DNA from: Catajapyx aquilonaris
Lineage: Eukaryota
Direction: 5' to 3'
NCBI GenBank assembly: GCA_000934665.2
Contig: KZ538589.1
Coordinates: 1-60,177 of the forward strand
Length of the DNA stretch: 60,177 nucleotides
The notes beneath the pieces are model-generated. The model ran no database searches, was not told where the DNA came from, and was given only the letters and a program-made list of their open reading frames with translations. The translations under genes were made by a program, and so were the position numbers. Shown here in pieces: positions 25,299 through 37,647 of this stretch. The number at the start of each line of letters is the position of its first letter. Position 1 is the stretch's first letter.

Positions 25299-26822
25299 AT
25301 GCCCTTAAGCATAACGGTGAATCCCCAGCGGCTGGAAGAAGTATGCCTGACTTACTCCTCGAAACTGATATTGGATGGCTGCAAATGGTGTCCCAACGGG
25401 GAGTCCAAGTTGATCCAGCATTTGGCTAGCACAATTTCAGGACCCTTAGCCAATAGGTACATGTCCGAAGTCCTCTCCATGTCCGCCCATCAGAAGCGCT
25501 ACCAGGAGGTCAACATCAGAGACGCCTTCTGCCCATGGTGCACCCGTATCTCGGTATCCACCTTAGAGGAGGAGACCAACCTACTGGACAACCTGGACCG
25601 GCTGAGGCATCTAACCCACCTTTGGCTGGAATGGTCAGACAGCTCCAAGGACCACCCAGAAATCGCATGTCTGGTGGCCAAGCATATTCCTGAACTTCTG
25701 AAGCTCAAGTCTCTTCGCATTGCCAGTGTGGTGACGGATGAGGCGGGGTTGTTCGAGAAACTGGTCGAGTATTGTCCGGATCTGGAGGAGCTGTCCATCA
25801 AGTGGAGGCTGTCCAGAAACCAGCAGGTGACTCTGGCCAGATGTGGCAATCTTAAAAGTGTGTTTGTTGAATACCGCGGAGGAGACGTGGACGACGTCAA
25901 ATACATCCTGGATTCCATACCGCAGCTGGAGGTCCTGCGCATCCCGAGGCGTCTGGTGAGTCTTCTCCTGCTATCCGTCCGCAAGTCCTACCCCCTGAGA
26001 AGACTCAGTATCTGTGACGGCCAGGTGGGGAGTTTTCCAGTCATTACTGGAAGCACCCTGCTAAGGTGCCTGGCACGACATTTTCTCAGGCTGCACGAAG
26101 GGAGATTCCATCGCTGTGCGGATCTGACTCCGCTCAACAGGTTTGGAGAAATGAGGATTTTGCATATTTCATGCACTCGGGAGCAGATGTCAGGCGTTGA
26201 TGGAGCAGTGTTTGCTCGATTGGTTCGTCTCACCCTGTCTCGTCTACCCGGACTCTCCTCTGCTCTGAAGAGTGTCAAGGACATTTCGATGCCCAACTTG
26301 CTTGACCTCAATTTGTTCCACTGCAAGGAGGTCAGCCTGCTGCAGCTCAGCATCCTCTGTCCGCAACTACAAGAAATGCGTTTGTGTAACTGTCGCGTAA
26401 CACCAATCAACCCTGAAGAAACACTTCAGCCTTTCACAAAGCTGCAGAAACTATACATTTATGATATTTGGAACAGGTTAATCTGGGATCACATCATGAT
26501 CATCATGTCCCATTGCAAGGATCTGGAGGTCCTGGAAGTCTGTCAAGACTCACTGGACAACTCGGTAGTGCACAAGCTCCTGGAATGCAACCCCATGCCA
26601 CGTATGAGGCGCTTCACATTCACGAGCAATCGGCTGACTCCAGAGATTGCAACGGTGGTGTTCAAGTACTTCGGAGACAGCCTGGTTGACGCGAGCTTCA
26701 AAGGTGCTCTGATGAGAGATGTGTCAATGAGATTGCTTCAGGATCTGTGGAGGAGGATGCAGCCATATTGTCTATCATTGACTTTAGGGTCATTCAACAT
26801 GACGACCGGTCAAACGAATTAA
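25299..26822 (+). CDS. Intronless leucine-rich-repeat protein (RNI-like/FBXL-type LRRs), 507 aa, paralogue 1
   Basis: Long uninterrupted ORF with recurring LxxLxL repeats (LRHLTHLWL, CPDLEELSI, IPQLEVLRI, MPNLLDLNL, CPQLQEMRL) and N-terminal PQRLEEVCL. Colinear with 44776-46296 (shared CPWCT, NPM..RLTP..A). Confidence 0.88.
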   Translation: MPLSITVNPQRLEEVCLTYSSKLILDGCKWCPNGESKLIQHLASTISGPLANRYMSEVLSMSAHQKRYQEVNIRDAFCPWCTRISVSTLEEETNLLDNLDRLRHLTHLWLEWSDSSKDHPEIACLVAKHIPELLKLKSLRIASVVTDEAGLFEKLVEYCPDLEELSIKWRLSRNQQVTLARCGNLKSVFVEYRGGDVDDVKYILDSIPQLEVLRIPRRLVSLLLLSVRKSYPLRRLSICDGQVGSFPVITGSTLLRCLARHFLRLHEGRFHRCADLTPLNRFGEMRILHISCTREQMSGVDGAVFARLVRLTLSRLPGLSSALKSVKDISMPNLLDLNLFHCKEVSLLQLSILCPQLQEMRLCNCRVTPINPEETLQPFTKLQKLYIYDIWNRLIWDHIMIIMSHCKDLEVLEVCQDSLDNSVVHKLLECNPMPRMRRFTFTSNRLTPEIATVVFKYFGDSLVDASFKGALMRDVSMRLLQDLWRRMQPYCLSLTLGSFNMTTGQTN

Positions 26823-27249
26823 TTGGGACATTACATGTGAGTGCACAGATATTCCTTCTCGCTCTTTCAGTAAAAATGGGAGAAACTTTTATTGCAGTGG
26901 TTTTTAATTTCTGACTAACGGACCACGTTTCTTTCTGGCCATTGTCATTTCAGGTTGAGACGGCACCTGTCCGGGAGCAGTGTGGTGGAGTCCACTCTCA
27001 TGTTTTGTATTGTGCACGATATCCGGATTGGTACCTCACATATAATTATGCACACTCACCTTTTACTAGTGCCAAAACAGCTATGCTTGAGTGTGTTGAA
27101 CCTACTCTGGATTCACAAGCACACAATAATGTTATGCTGTGTCGTATGGCCATAATCATTTTGATATTAGCTTGAAACCAGACGTTCTCACGGGAATAAT
27201 AATAATTTACCGTAAATAAAATGTACTGCTGATATTTTGAAAAAAATGC

Positions 27250-28500
27250 CATTAGTTAAGCCTATTGACATTGACATGATATGGAAGGTATCCCAATGCC
27301 AAAATAAACAAGAAGGGTCCATATGGGGGCATCATGGTGTGATATACTGTATGATGAGTTATCGTCCTCCCATGTGAATGCCGACAACCCTGGCAGAATC
27401 TGGAGGGGTGACCATCTGAAACATTAATTCACTATTTGAACCTTGTTTGACATACTTTCTGCTCCTCTTGAAGAGTGAGGTTCGGATTTGTAGTCCCGTT
27501 GTTTCCTCAGTTCCCATCTTCTTTGATGGGTAGAGTTTGGCCTGGTGGTTTTTTCTGCACAACGCGTCTTCAGGGTCCCAAGCAATCTTGTCGCATATAT
27601 TACACGCACTTCCTATGCGGCGTATATATTAATATGTGGCACAGCTGCAGTGCTGTGTAATTTGCTGTGAGCGTATGAATTGCTGGAAAAATACCTCCGA
27701 AGAACACTGAATTTCAGTTGATGATGCACTTGGTATACGGATATGACCTATGTTAGTGTAACCTTGATTTTTTTACTATGTGAGGAATAGCTTGTCTCAA
27801 GCTCTTTAAAAAGTCCGAGCCTGAAACTAAATAAATACTGACCAACGTCGATGAGAGCAGTCGCCATTTTCTCATTCTGACACGAGCAATTGGCAGACGA
27901 AAAGTTATGAAATATATATTCTGGACAATTTCTAAGCCCTTCACTATTACGATGCTATCCTGCATATTGACAACAGCATTTTCAATTGCACACTAATTGC
28001 CAAGTAAATATATTGCGCAAGCTACTTAAAGCTTTTGTGCTAATATTTTAGTGTGATAGAGAAATATTATTTCTCTTGTCCTCCCATCTGTACCATACCT
28101 GCAATGCATCCCACTGTGTCATCTGCAGGTACTATACGTCCATGAATATCTCACAGGCATTAGTCACGCTCATGGATAGTGTGTATTCACGTAGCAGGGT
28201 GTCGTTCTTATCATCTCTCAGATTTCCCCACCATTGGCAACAGCAACGGCCCCATATATATTGCCTGTTATTGAAGCTTATAAACCCTGTATGAAACTGT
28301 TCGGTTTCGGAGGGAAATTGTGTTCACTGACTTCTTTTCGAAATGATCGATTATCATCCCGACACCATATTCTGTCGTCCTCCGCATAGATGACTCGATT
28401 CGTGGTTTCTCTCCTTTCCTGCCGCTTTTCGAATGACCTATTGTCCCAGTATCATAATCGTACGGGAATGCCTGCGAAATGTTTGGTACTGGACTAGTAC
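27250..28500 (-). pseudogene. Endogenous viral element: decayed Sedoreoviridae-like RdRp (VP1) fragment, copy A
   Basis: Broken minus translation gives, in order, AGIPVRL*YWDNRSFEKR (pre-motif F region), LLGN*CAIENAVVN (motif B-like, ~28000) and ENGDC (motif C-like, ~27865). Nucleotide similarity to 30900-31110 and 39330-39440. Confidence 0.6.
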
Positions 28501-28679
28501 ATGCCTTTTTTGAAAAAGTATTATTGTCGCCTGTTGTTGATGACTGGTTGATGATGTGACGAATCGTTTCTCATGTAACTGCACTTCTGCTCATCATGTC
28601 CGGTGCAATTGTAACTAGAGGGGACATTTATTTGATCCCTTAGATTAAAGAACGTATTATAATATTGTTCCCCATCAAT

Positions 28680-29461
28680 GTTGGTATTGTGTGACCTTCA
28701 TTTGACCTGATGACTGCTGCACAACGTCGTGGCATTGAAGAAATCAGTCTGTCGACCAGTCACTGCCCACTTCATGGAACCACAGAACCTTTCTTATAGC
28801 TCCAGAAGGTTTTTAGGATGCTACTTCATGACGATAAGCTTCTTCCTGCCACGGCCAGCCAAGCGTTCGGGTGTTCCAGTCCTCTTGAATTTTTTGAGCC
28901 ACGAACAAGGAACTTTGGTTAACACCCACTGTAGTAATATTTAGTAGTATAATGAAATTAATTATTCTTGTCTTCCATCAGCACCAGTGCAGTGCCGGGA
29001 GCGACTCAGACCTGCAATGCAACCCATTACACTCTGTTAGGTACTGTATGTCTGTGTTTATACCGCAGACATAATTCACACTCAGGAGTAGTGTGTATTC
29101 ATGTATAGCATGGTGCTTCTGTGATTGGTCAAGGCGACACACCGTCAGCAGCGGGAATAATAAGGCTATGTCACACCCACTGAAGCCTTCCTTATAGACA
29201 AGCTGACAATCACAGCCTTCTTCCTTGGAGTGAGTTCATTAGTCTTACCCATGGTCCAGCCTCACACCAAAATGCAAATGTAGGCACTCTCACAGTCTTC
29301 CCCTCACTACTACACCAAAACGTACAGCTGAGACTGATACCTACTAAAAATAATCACAATAGTACGAGGTATAGATAGCATGAAAAACCGGCCTCATTCA
29401 AAAGTTACATGAAGGAATGTGCAATTTTGTGCAGGTGATGCAATAATTTCTGACAGGCCTG
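28680..29461 (-). mobile_element. Internally deleted Tc1-like transposon
   Basis: Terminus TA|CAGGCCTGTCAGAAATTATTG at 29461. N-terminus MGKTNELTPRKKAVIVSL (~29250), KKFKRTGTPERLAGRGRKK (~28890), C-terminus LISSMPRRCAAVIRSNEGHT (~28700-28750). Confidence 0.8.
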
Positions 29462-29479
29462 TACCTAATGGGGTGTTGT

Positions 29480-30190
29480 TTAGTTTAGAAACCCACATAA
29501 TCGTCAAGTAGTCCAAGTAGTATGGTAAATTAATATGAAGGGTGTCGTGATATCTGTGTGATCAACACAGATGTGGAATTTATTTTGGCAGGGAATGACA
29601 TTTCTCTGAGATGTAAGGATTGCAAATGATCCTGTATACAGCATTGTCTTCGTAAATGATGTACTTGTAGTTCAGAAAACGACTCAGACAATAATGATTC
29701 CAGCTACTTAAAGTAATTGAGGCATTTAAGCGAGCTTTGCAACCAAAAAAATTCATAAAGGAGTATATTAACATGTGACACAACTGCAGTGATGTGTCAT
29801 TAAGTGTGATCGTATAATATTGCAGGAAACACATAATGGTCTGACCTCTGAAGAACACTGAATTTCAGTTGATGATGCACTTGGTACTGATATAACCCAT
29901 GTTGGTGTAAGCTTGATTTCTTACCGTTTGTTACCATGTAGGGAATAGTAAGTAGCCTACTGTAGTAATATTTAGTCGTATAATGAAATTAGTGATTCTT
30001 GTCCTCGATCAGCACCAGTGCAGTGCCGGGAGCGACTCAGACCTGCAATGCAACCCATTGCACTCTGTAGGTACTGTATGTCCGTGTTTATACCGCAGAC
30101 ATCATTTACACTCAGGAGTAGTGTGTATTCATGTATAGCAGTGCTTCTGTGATTGGTCAAGGCGACACACCGTCAGCAGCGGGAATAATA
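29480..30190 (-). pseudogene. Rearranged fragments of the same viral RdRp-like relic family (copy B)
   Basis: 29560-29760 resembles 38880-39070; 29848-29930 repeats 27698-27780; 29960-30195 repeats 28930-29165 and resembles 28090-28200. Confidence 0.5.
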
Positions 30191-30759
30191 AGGCTTCTCC
30201 ACATATTATAGGCCTGTTATTATAATAATTTATCATGTATAAGCTAGCCGGACATGCATCAATGCTTCATTGTCACCCAACACACTGTGACATTTTGCAC
30301 TATTAAACATGGTCATAAATAAAATTTTGAAATTACCACGAACAATAAGAAAATTCACACTTATCGGGTGGTATGAAAGGAGACTCGCATCCCAGAATTG
30401 TAACGTCTTAACTCAGGTCTCAAACAAAGGAAATGATGACACTGAAAAGTTTGCGACCTGTGAATTTGGCGGGTAGTTGTGGCAGCTGACTGACTTACCG
30501 CCCGTGACATTAGCAGAAGGAACCAGCACACGTGACGGTCACAGGTGGTTAATCATATACAATTTCTCGATGGGCCTGTGTTGTGATATGTGGTCATCGC
30601 TTCCTGTCCATTTTTGTACAGTCACTCTGCTTTCGTAGCAGAGTATAAAACTAACTTAGCAGTGAATGAGTGAATAGTTGGAAGAAATTCAACTTTGATG
30701 AGATAAAGCTGTGAGAGTTCGACTTACGGAACATCATAAGTACGGTATCTATTACTTAC

Positions 30760-31110
30760 GATCAATGTATACCTTGTAGGGTGTTGCTTACGAAACCCTT
30801 ATAATCATCAAGTTCTCCAAATGGCATAGTAAAATATGCAGCGAGAGTAGGAACATTGCCTTTTATTGAAGCATATATACAGCATATAAAACTGTGGATG
30901 AAGCTCTTTGGCTTTAGAATGGGATAATTCACGGGACACGACGAGATGTCCGATTGTAACGCCTGCGGCATATTTTGTCACTCTCTGCATACATGGATTC
31001 AGTCCTGCTGGTTTTTCTCCAGCCCTTCTTCTTTTCGAATGACCAATATTTGTCCCAATATCATAATCGCATGGTAATTCCTGCGTAGGAAATGTTTGGT
31101 GCTGGACTCT
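30760..31110 (-). pseudogene. Endogenous viral element: VP1 motif F region, copy C
   Basis: SYAGITMRL*YWDKYWSFEKKK and, across frameshifts, VTIGH/RRVP*II/ILKPKSFI align with rotavirus VP1 as recalled ([47 protein letters not shown]). Confidence 0.6.
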
Positions 31111-31409
31111 AGTATGGAACTGTTTTCACGAAAACCGTAACGGGTAGTCTGGTTTAAAAATTTAAAAATGGCTATAATGTGGTTTCACTCTTCTCACATT
31201 ATGCATAGTCAGTGCATGTTAGATAATAGAGATGAGATTTTCTTCACGTGTTCGAGAGCTGGTGGAATAGAGCAGTGCTGCTATAGGAAGAAATGATGCA
31301 GAAGATGGTCATTTTGTGAGGTCGCGTAGCGGACTCCAGCTCCACTATAGTACCGTGTCCTCAGCTTTACAGGAACAGTGTTATTTCTTCAGAATAGTCT
31401 GGATAGTCT

Positions 31410-31764
31410 GGATAGTCTTAAAAAAATCTGAGTGAAAATGAAGCTCAAAAAATGAGCACTTTCGCAAAATGCTCTTTTTGGAGTGATTTTTACTCTACAA
31501 AGAGTGGATGTAACTCAAATCGAATGGCAAAGTACTCAGAAAATGAGTGATAATGAGAGGCAGACTATACTCTTTCGTTGAGTGAAACATATTACAGTCA
31601 ATTTGAGCGATTTTTTTTTTAGCTCACTGTCAGTTTGAGAGAAAATATTTCACTCCAGTGATGGAGTGATTTTCACTCAAATCGAGTGGGATTCAAATCA
31701 AGGAGACAAAGAGTGACAAATCACTCAAATTGAGTGGAAAAACATGCGAATTTTTTTTAGAGTG
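31410..31764. mobile_element. Non-autonomous CACTA/EnSpm-like element with dense GAGTGA/TCACTC subterminal repeats
   Basis: Right end TTTTTTTTAGAGTG (reverse complement CACTCTAAAAAAAA); left end degenerate; many GAGTG/CACTC motifs in both orientations. Confidence 0.55.
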
Positions 31765-31949
31765 ATATGTTCTCACCTTTTCTTGGAAATTCCGGTCTGT
31801 GTCCGTGCCTGGTAGTTTTCTGCCACCTGGTAACAATAGTCGCGCATATCTACTGTACATTACACCACAAGTATGCTGTTAGAATGCAGTGTTTTTGTGA
31901 ACAAATTGTTGTAAAACAGTGTTATGGCCGCCACCAGCTTATTGTGGTA

Positions 31950-32680
31950 GTCTTTCCCTGTCGCGAGGTGATCATAATGCGGATGAGTTTGTGGAGACCT
32001 TTAGTTAGAGTTTTAATGATCATGGCTTGTGCAGGACGTCGTAGTGATTAAATGTGCTGTATTATGCTTAAGACAGTCATTAAGGTGCATCACATCTTCT
32101 AGTCCAGGAATACAACAGTCACTGTCTGTATCTGGGTCTGTCATTGGCTGTTGTACCAATGGATATTATTTTTTCCTGCCAAAATGGTGGCCACACAACT
32201 GTTAATTTATGGAATATGTGAACGTCTCCGAGGGTTTCTATTGGCAGTATAAGTAAACTTAATTTTGCGAGAATTATGATACAAGTTGCTGACTTCCGTC
32301 CGTTAATTAGATGAGGGTCATTTGTGGCTGTCTCGGCTCGTACATTTTTGAGTACGCAGCCATTTTCGTGCATCTGAGACCTACTGTCATGTTGGCCTAA
32401 CTAGACATGGAAGTGGGCAACAACTTTTCATAAATAATTGGGCAGTTATGATAACACAAAACTGACATCAACGAACCAAAAGCGTATTACTAGCGCAGAA
32501 CATTGGCGACAGTAATACATAGCCCTGTAATTCGACTGCCCTGATCTCCTTCACTTGTTCGGCGAAGTATGTCTTTTATATATGGCCTATTTGTGTTTGC
32601 TCCGATCCTGCCTCTTTCTTTTCTCGTCAGTCGAGCAGAGGCAATAAGCAGCTTGGTGACCACTGTTGTCAATGGGAATA
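31950..32680 (-). pseudogene. Endogenous viral RdRp-like relic, copy D1 (downstream of motif C)
   Basis: TTVVTKLLIASA (compare TTLVTKVVVASA at ~39840) and ILAKLSLLILPIETLG (compare IPRMTLKILMYFLGG at ~54370). Colinear duplicate of 33570-34360. Confidence 0.5.
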
Positions 32681-32682
32681 AT

Positions 32683-33110
32683 TGTTATCTGTGTTGCTGC
32701 TTCTGCAAATGTTGTTTCTGCTGTTGCAACTCTTGTTGCCGTAAATGTGCACCTGAGGATCCGGAAGATATGTGAGATTATCAAAATTTGCCTGTAAGTG
32801 ACAGACACTGTCTTTCTCCATTGAAACATTGCCATAATTTTGTTTTTGGCAACATAGGGTGCGGGGCGGATGACATCCTCCCATTGGTTGTCCTCCAGGC
32901 ATGATGGAAGCTATATGGGGTCAACACTTGACCCCTGCGATTACCTGCTTACACATCCGGTTAGAGAGTGATCGGGACATTACATGAAGCAGGTTGTATT
33001 ATTAATCATCAGTTGTTGCAACTTGCGTAACCTATATCTCCTACTGCGGAATTCTTCGAGCATTTTAAAGTAAAGAGCAGCCGTAGCTATGTCAGTGTTG
33101 GTTTCAATAT
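32683..33110 (+). pseudogene. Csp pseudogene fragment (cysteine-string exon plus end of last exon and 3-prime UTR)
   Basis: [29 protein letters not shown] followed by frameshift/stop and a retained GTAAGT donor. 32890-33110 matches 22785-23010. No J-domain exons. Confidence 0.85.
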
Positions 33111-33569
33111 TATATTGAGCTTTTTAGATAGTCACTCGGCGTCATTACTTGCATACATTCTTCATTGGTGGGCTGTTAGAATGCAGTGTTTTTGTGAACA
33201 AATTGTTATAAACAGTGTTATGGCCGCCACCAGCTTATTGTGGTCGCAATGTGATCATAAATTCTATGCTGTTCATCTATGGGACATGGTGTTATTGTCG
33301 CGGCACCAGATAATTTCATGAGCTTTTTGTTGTTGTTGACACGACGAATCCGTACTAAAGTTATGCTGTTTCAGAATGATTAGTCGCCTTTCTGCTACGG
33401 TGAGATCCACATCCTGCGACAAGGAATATTCTAATAATTAATAGACTATTGCTTTTCATTGCTAAGAAAAATCTTTCACATCCGTTCTTACCCAACAGAC
33501 GGCCAAATTATCCGTCGATGGTCGTGTTTCTTGATGTGTTGAGTAGGTGAGCCTACATAGAGTTCACTC

Positions 33570-34560
33570 ATCATGGTAATTGTGGTTGATTTTGTGGAGA
33601 CCTTTACTTACTGTTTCAAGCATCATGGCATGCGCAGGAAGTGAGTTGTAAAATGTGCTGCATTCTGCTTATAAAACAGTGCATTAACATAACATAGTAT
33701 AATCTAGGAATACAACGATGACTGCCTATATCTGGGTCTGTTATTGCCGTTGTACTGATCGATATTTCAGTTGCCTCTCAAAATGACCTTTATAGAATAT
33801 TTAAACATCACCGAGGATTTCTGTTGGCACTATGAATCAGATTAATTTAGCGAGAATTATGAGTAGAGAACTATGGTAAAAGTTGCTGCTGTCTGTCTGT
33901 TAATTAGTTGATGGGACTTATGGTACTTGCTTTTGAACGCCTCATGTACTTTTAAGCACGTAGCCATTTTTCATGCATCTGAGGACTTGGCTTACATCAC
34001 TGTCATGTTGGCCGAGACATGGAAGTGGGCAACACCTTGCCAATGGTTATGTCTCAACCACCTGTCATGAATTGGACAGTTGTGACAACACAAACTTTCA
34101 TCGACGAATCGGAAGCTTATTACTAATGCAGAACATTTGCGACAGTAATCCAGGGAGGTGAAATAAATGATGATGATTTGCGACAGTAATTTATGGCAAG
34201 GGCTATACCATGCCTTTGACTACACTGATCTTTTTGCACTTGTTCGGTGAAGTATGTCTTAGGCACAGCGTGTTGGGGACACTCTCCGACTTTCTCCTCT
34301 CGTCAATCGAGCCGAGACAACATGCAGCTTGGTGAGCAGGGTTGCTAATGGGAATTACACAAATAAACATGTGTAGACCAAAATGATTGTCTCGCTGTCA
34401 GGTAGTATGAAATGGCCACGAGGATATGGCTGGAGAGTTATGCGGAGTAGTGAAAGTCATAGACTCCAGTTAATACCAAGGTGCTACTTTTAGAAGTGTT
34501 ACCACTGTTTATAGAGAGGTGATTATAAACAACATAGTTGCAACAAGATTGGCTTTCTGG
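33570..34560 (-). pseudogene. Endogenous viral RdRp-like relic, copy D2 (motif B onward)
   Basis: VLTG/ESMTFTTPHN across a frameshift (~34440-34480) resembles motif B (SGExxT..HN). Colinear with 39820-40040 and 31950-32680. Confidence 0.5.
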
Positions 34561-35191
34561 CACCATTGCCAAAAACATTGGTTAACTAACTCGAAAGTCA
34601 AGGACACGTAAGTGATGCAATAACGTCACCCCATACAGTACAGTTGGCCTGAAACGCTGGATGACCTCTCTGAGTCCACATGAGAGGGAATATTTTAATC
34701 GTTGTTCCCTTTTAGCCCGAACTGGTCTGGGTCGCCGTGCATTTGGAGGGCTTGCGAGAAATATTATAATCTCATCTGGATGTAAGTGTGAAATCAATAA
34801 TTAAGTAAGAAACTGGTAATCAGTCATTGGGGATTGCCTGACTGCACAAATTATGGTTCTGACAATGAAGTAATTTCATCGTAGTGTGGAAGATTACAAA
34901 GAGGTTGCATTGCAGTCGTTTTGTGTTTGACAATAATGAGAATGAGTACACATTTGTTTCAACCACAATATGTCCGTTTCAGTCCTCAAATACAATTTTA
35001 AGCTATTGTAGTAGCTCTGAGCCATAATGGAAAAGCCCTGAAGTTAATGTGTTTCGGACAAGTCATGAAAGATATTCAGTCTCTCTAAGCTTTCCAAAAC
35101 GCTTCTGCATCTTCTACTGGCCGAGTAAAATGGTGAAATAGTTATAGCTCATATTGGTAAATTGGGTCTTCTGTTGATGTATTCGCGCAAG

Positions 35192-35226
<35 letters not shown>

Positions 35227-35290
35227 GAGTAATTTTATTGGATAAGTTTACTTATTTTGCTATTGCTCTGCCCTCTGTTGTCTAAAACAG

Positions 35291-35650
35291 GTGTCTGAGA
35301 ATTACAGTAACGATGTCACAGAAGAGAATCTGGAAGTGGTGAAGGAACAACCTCGAAATTCTTATATATGATGTGTTTCTGAGAGTTTCTCAGTGTTGGT
35401 CATTCACTCATATGTGCTTCTTCCTGAACGGTATACCAAGGCCCTCATTGTAATTAACAGTGTTCTTTACAAATGTTCCTTCTTGCATTGTGTGGATATA
35501 GTCGAAGGGCGAGATGATGAGTAATTTACTCGAGATGACTCGCCTGACCCGGTCAACTTTCAGCCAAGGGCACAGGTCTACGCGATTGCCACCTCCTCCT
35601 TGCATGATGGAAGCCATGGGGTCAACACCTAACCCTTACATCCGGTTGAA
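35291..35650 (+). pseudogene. Csp pseudogene fragment (exons 5-6)
   Basis: [25 protein letters not shown] copy of exon 5 with lost donor. Exon 6 copy has an in-frame TAA and indels but retains [16 protein letters not shown]. Confidence 0.88.
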
Positions 35651-37062
35651 GCATACTGACCTTTGTAAATCGGGTCATTACACGAAGCAGGTTGTACTGA
35701 ACAGTTGCAAGTGGAATAAACAATATTTTCTACTGACATTTTAAAGACCGGCCTGTTCATACGTCACTGTTCATTCCTGTAAATAGCGGTTTTAAATAGT
35801 CACACTGCGTCATTCCTTGGAATTTAATATATACTTATTGCAGATATTTGCAGCTATTGCAGCTATTGTAGCTATTTTTCATTCCATAATTTGGGGACTG
35901 AAGCAACAGTGGGAAAAATTACTATGTGAATTGATATATCCCTTAAGATGTGGTATTTGAAATATGGAGTACTGGCCATGGTGTTTGGATAATAGCAGCT
36001 GGAAAGAAAGGTTTCGACACAAAGTGTAATACATAACATGTCTGTCTGTCTCTGCTGAATGACTTTTCATATTTTCACTACTCTGCTGAAGTGTAATCAT
36101 TTGGCTTATCATCGGATATACCAGTAGTCATCTTTCATAGGTGTGTGGATATGACCTCCAGCACGATTCAAGTCGACCATAGTTGTGTTACTCTAATTGC
36201 GTGCAAGTTTTGCATACCTCGAGTTTTTCCAGCCTCATGTCTGAAGATTAGTGGTGTCTACAAAGTATACGCATCGGAGAGAAAAAAATAGTTTCAATAA
36301 TTCATTCAGTTAGAATATGTACAGTATTCCAATATAGGCCGAAGAATGTAATGTTGAAGAGATCCGCCTGTTTCGTTTAGTTACAGGAAGTGGATATCTT
36401 ATTGTTTGCACCACTTTATTGTGTTGTGTCATAGGCTTGGTTTCCTCCACTATGCAAAAATTTGTATAAGCTGGAAGCTTATAAGCTAAAAATTGTGTTA
36501 ACTTAGGACACTTATTTTTTTTTCCATGCTTTGATATTAATTTTATTGATGTTAGACCCATACACATAGGATAAACTTTGAGAATCTCTTCTGAATGATT
36601 TGTAATTTTGGACAAGAAGATTGTAGTGTATCTTCCAGATAATTTCAGGTATTTTCTGAACTGATTTTGTGCGTTCTCAGCAGCCAGAATTTACGTCGTT
36701 CTGAGGCATTTTGGTCACTTTTTTATGTCCACATGGGAGACTGTCAGTCTGGTATTGGTAGTGTACACTTCCAATCTAGCTTTATTCTCACACTATGTCA
36801 TTAACAAAAGTTATCATAAGACGGAAATGAAAATAGTGTTGGCAACTATCCCGTTGTCTGGTTTGGGTTTCTTTGCAGTTTTTATAGATCGATTATGTTC
36901 AGTCGTATGAGACTGGCATCCTGCTAGGTTCAGTTGACATAACTGAGCCAATGAGTAGCAATCTTATTCCATTTAGAGTTCCAGGAGGTCTCCCTTGTTG
37001 CCATGAAATTATTTTGCGGTAATTTCTGCGAGTTGCATTTGAATTCCCTGTATAAGGTGGTT

Positions 37063-37647
37063 GCAAGTTCTACTTGAAAGATATCTACTCCAACCACGTA
37101 TGGGATGTGCTCCAAGAAAGAAATGTTCCCAGCCTCATTGCAGGCTCCTCCGGCTCTCCCATCTTTAGTGACCGAACCGTCCGTAAAAATCGTCAAGCCA
37201 CTCCTCGTTGGCTCCTCATCCCAATTGAAGATGTGTAATCGGCTTCCAACCCAAGGAGGAGATCTGGCGCATGGTCGTTGTGACTGACCCACACTGACCT
37301 GTTCAGAGTAGGTCTTCCAGACCTCCCATCTGTATCTCGCTAGCCGCTCTGGAGGAGCCACCCCACTCATCACGTAGAGTAATTCGTTAGGAGATGTACG
37401 ATAGGACCTGGTAACTGCTAGCAGGAACGGACGCAATTCTGACCGCAGGCAGGTCTTGATACGTTTAATGCCCGATCCTGAGGGCCTTAGAACTGGTGGC
37501 AGAACTGACCTCCGACCAGCTCTCGTTTACCAATGTTTAAATTTTGTTGATTTGTGTATTGCTATGTGCTATTGTGTATTGTTTGCTATAGTATTTTAGT
37601 GTGGGCTTGAGAACTTAATGGTTGGTAAGCCCAATAATCACCTTAAA
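37063..37647 (-). mobile_element. Non-LTR retrotransposon fragment with RNase H domain (I/R1-group-like)
   Basis: LLAVTRSYRTSPNELLYVMSGVAP, IFTDGS, DIFQVEL. Flanked by near-perfect 14-bp TSD TGTATA(A/G)GGTGGTT at 37049-37062 and 37648-37661. Absent from the paralogous site at ~23865. Confidence 0.82.

Noticed and set aside
25499..26410. Antisense ORFs over LRR gene 1 (and similarly over LRR gene 2 and the GRs)
   Set aside because: Shadow ORFs of real coding sequence with no independent features.
31410..31764. CRISPR-like repeat array
   Set aside because: Repeats are short, irregularly spaced and in both orientations, in a eukaryotic context; fits transposon subterminal repeats.
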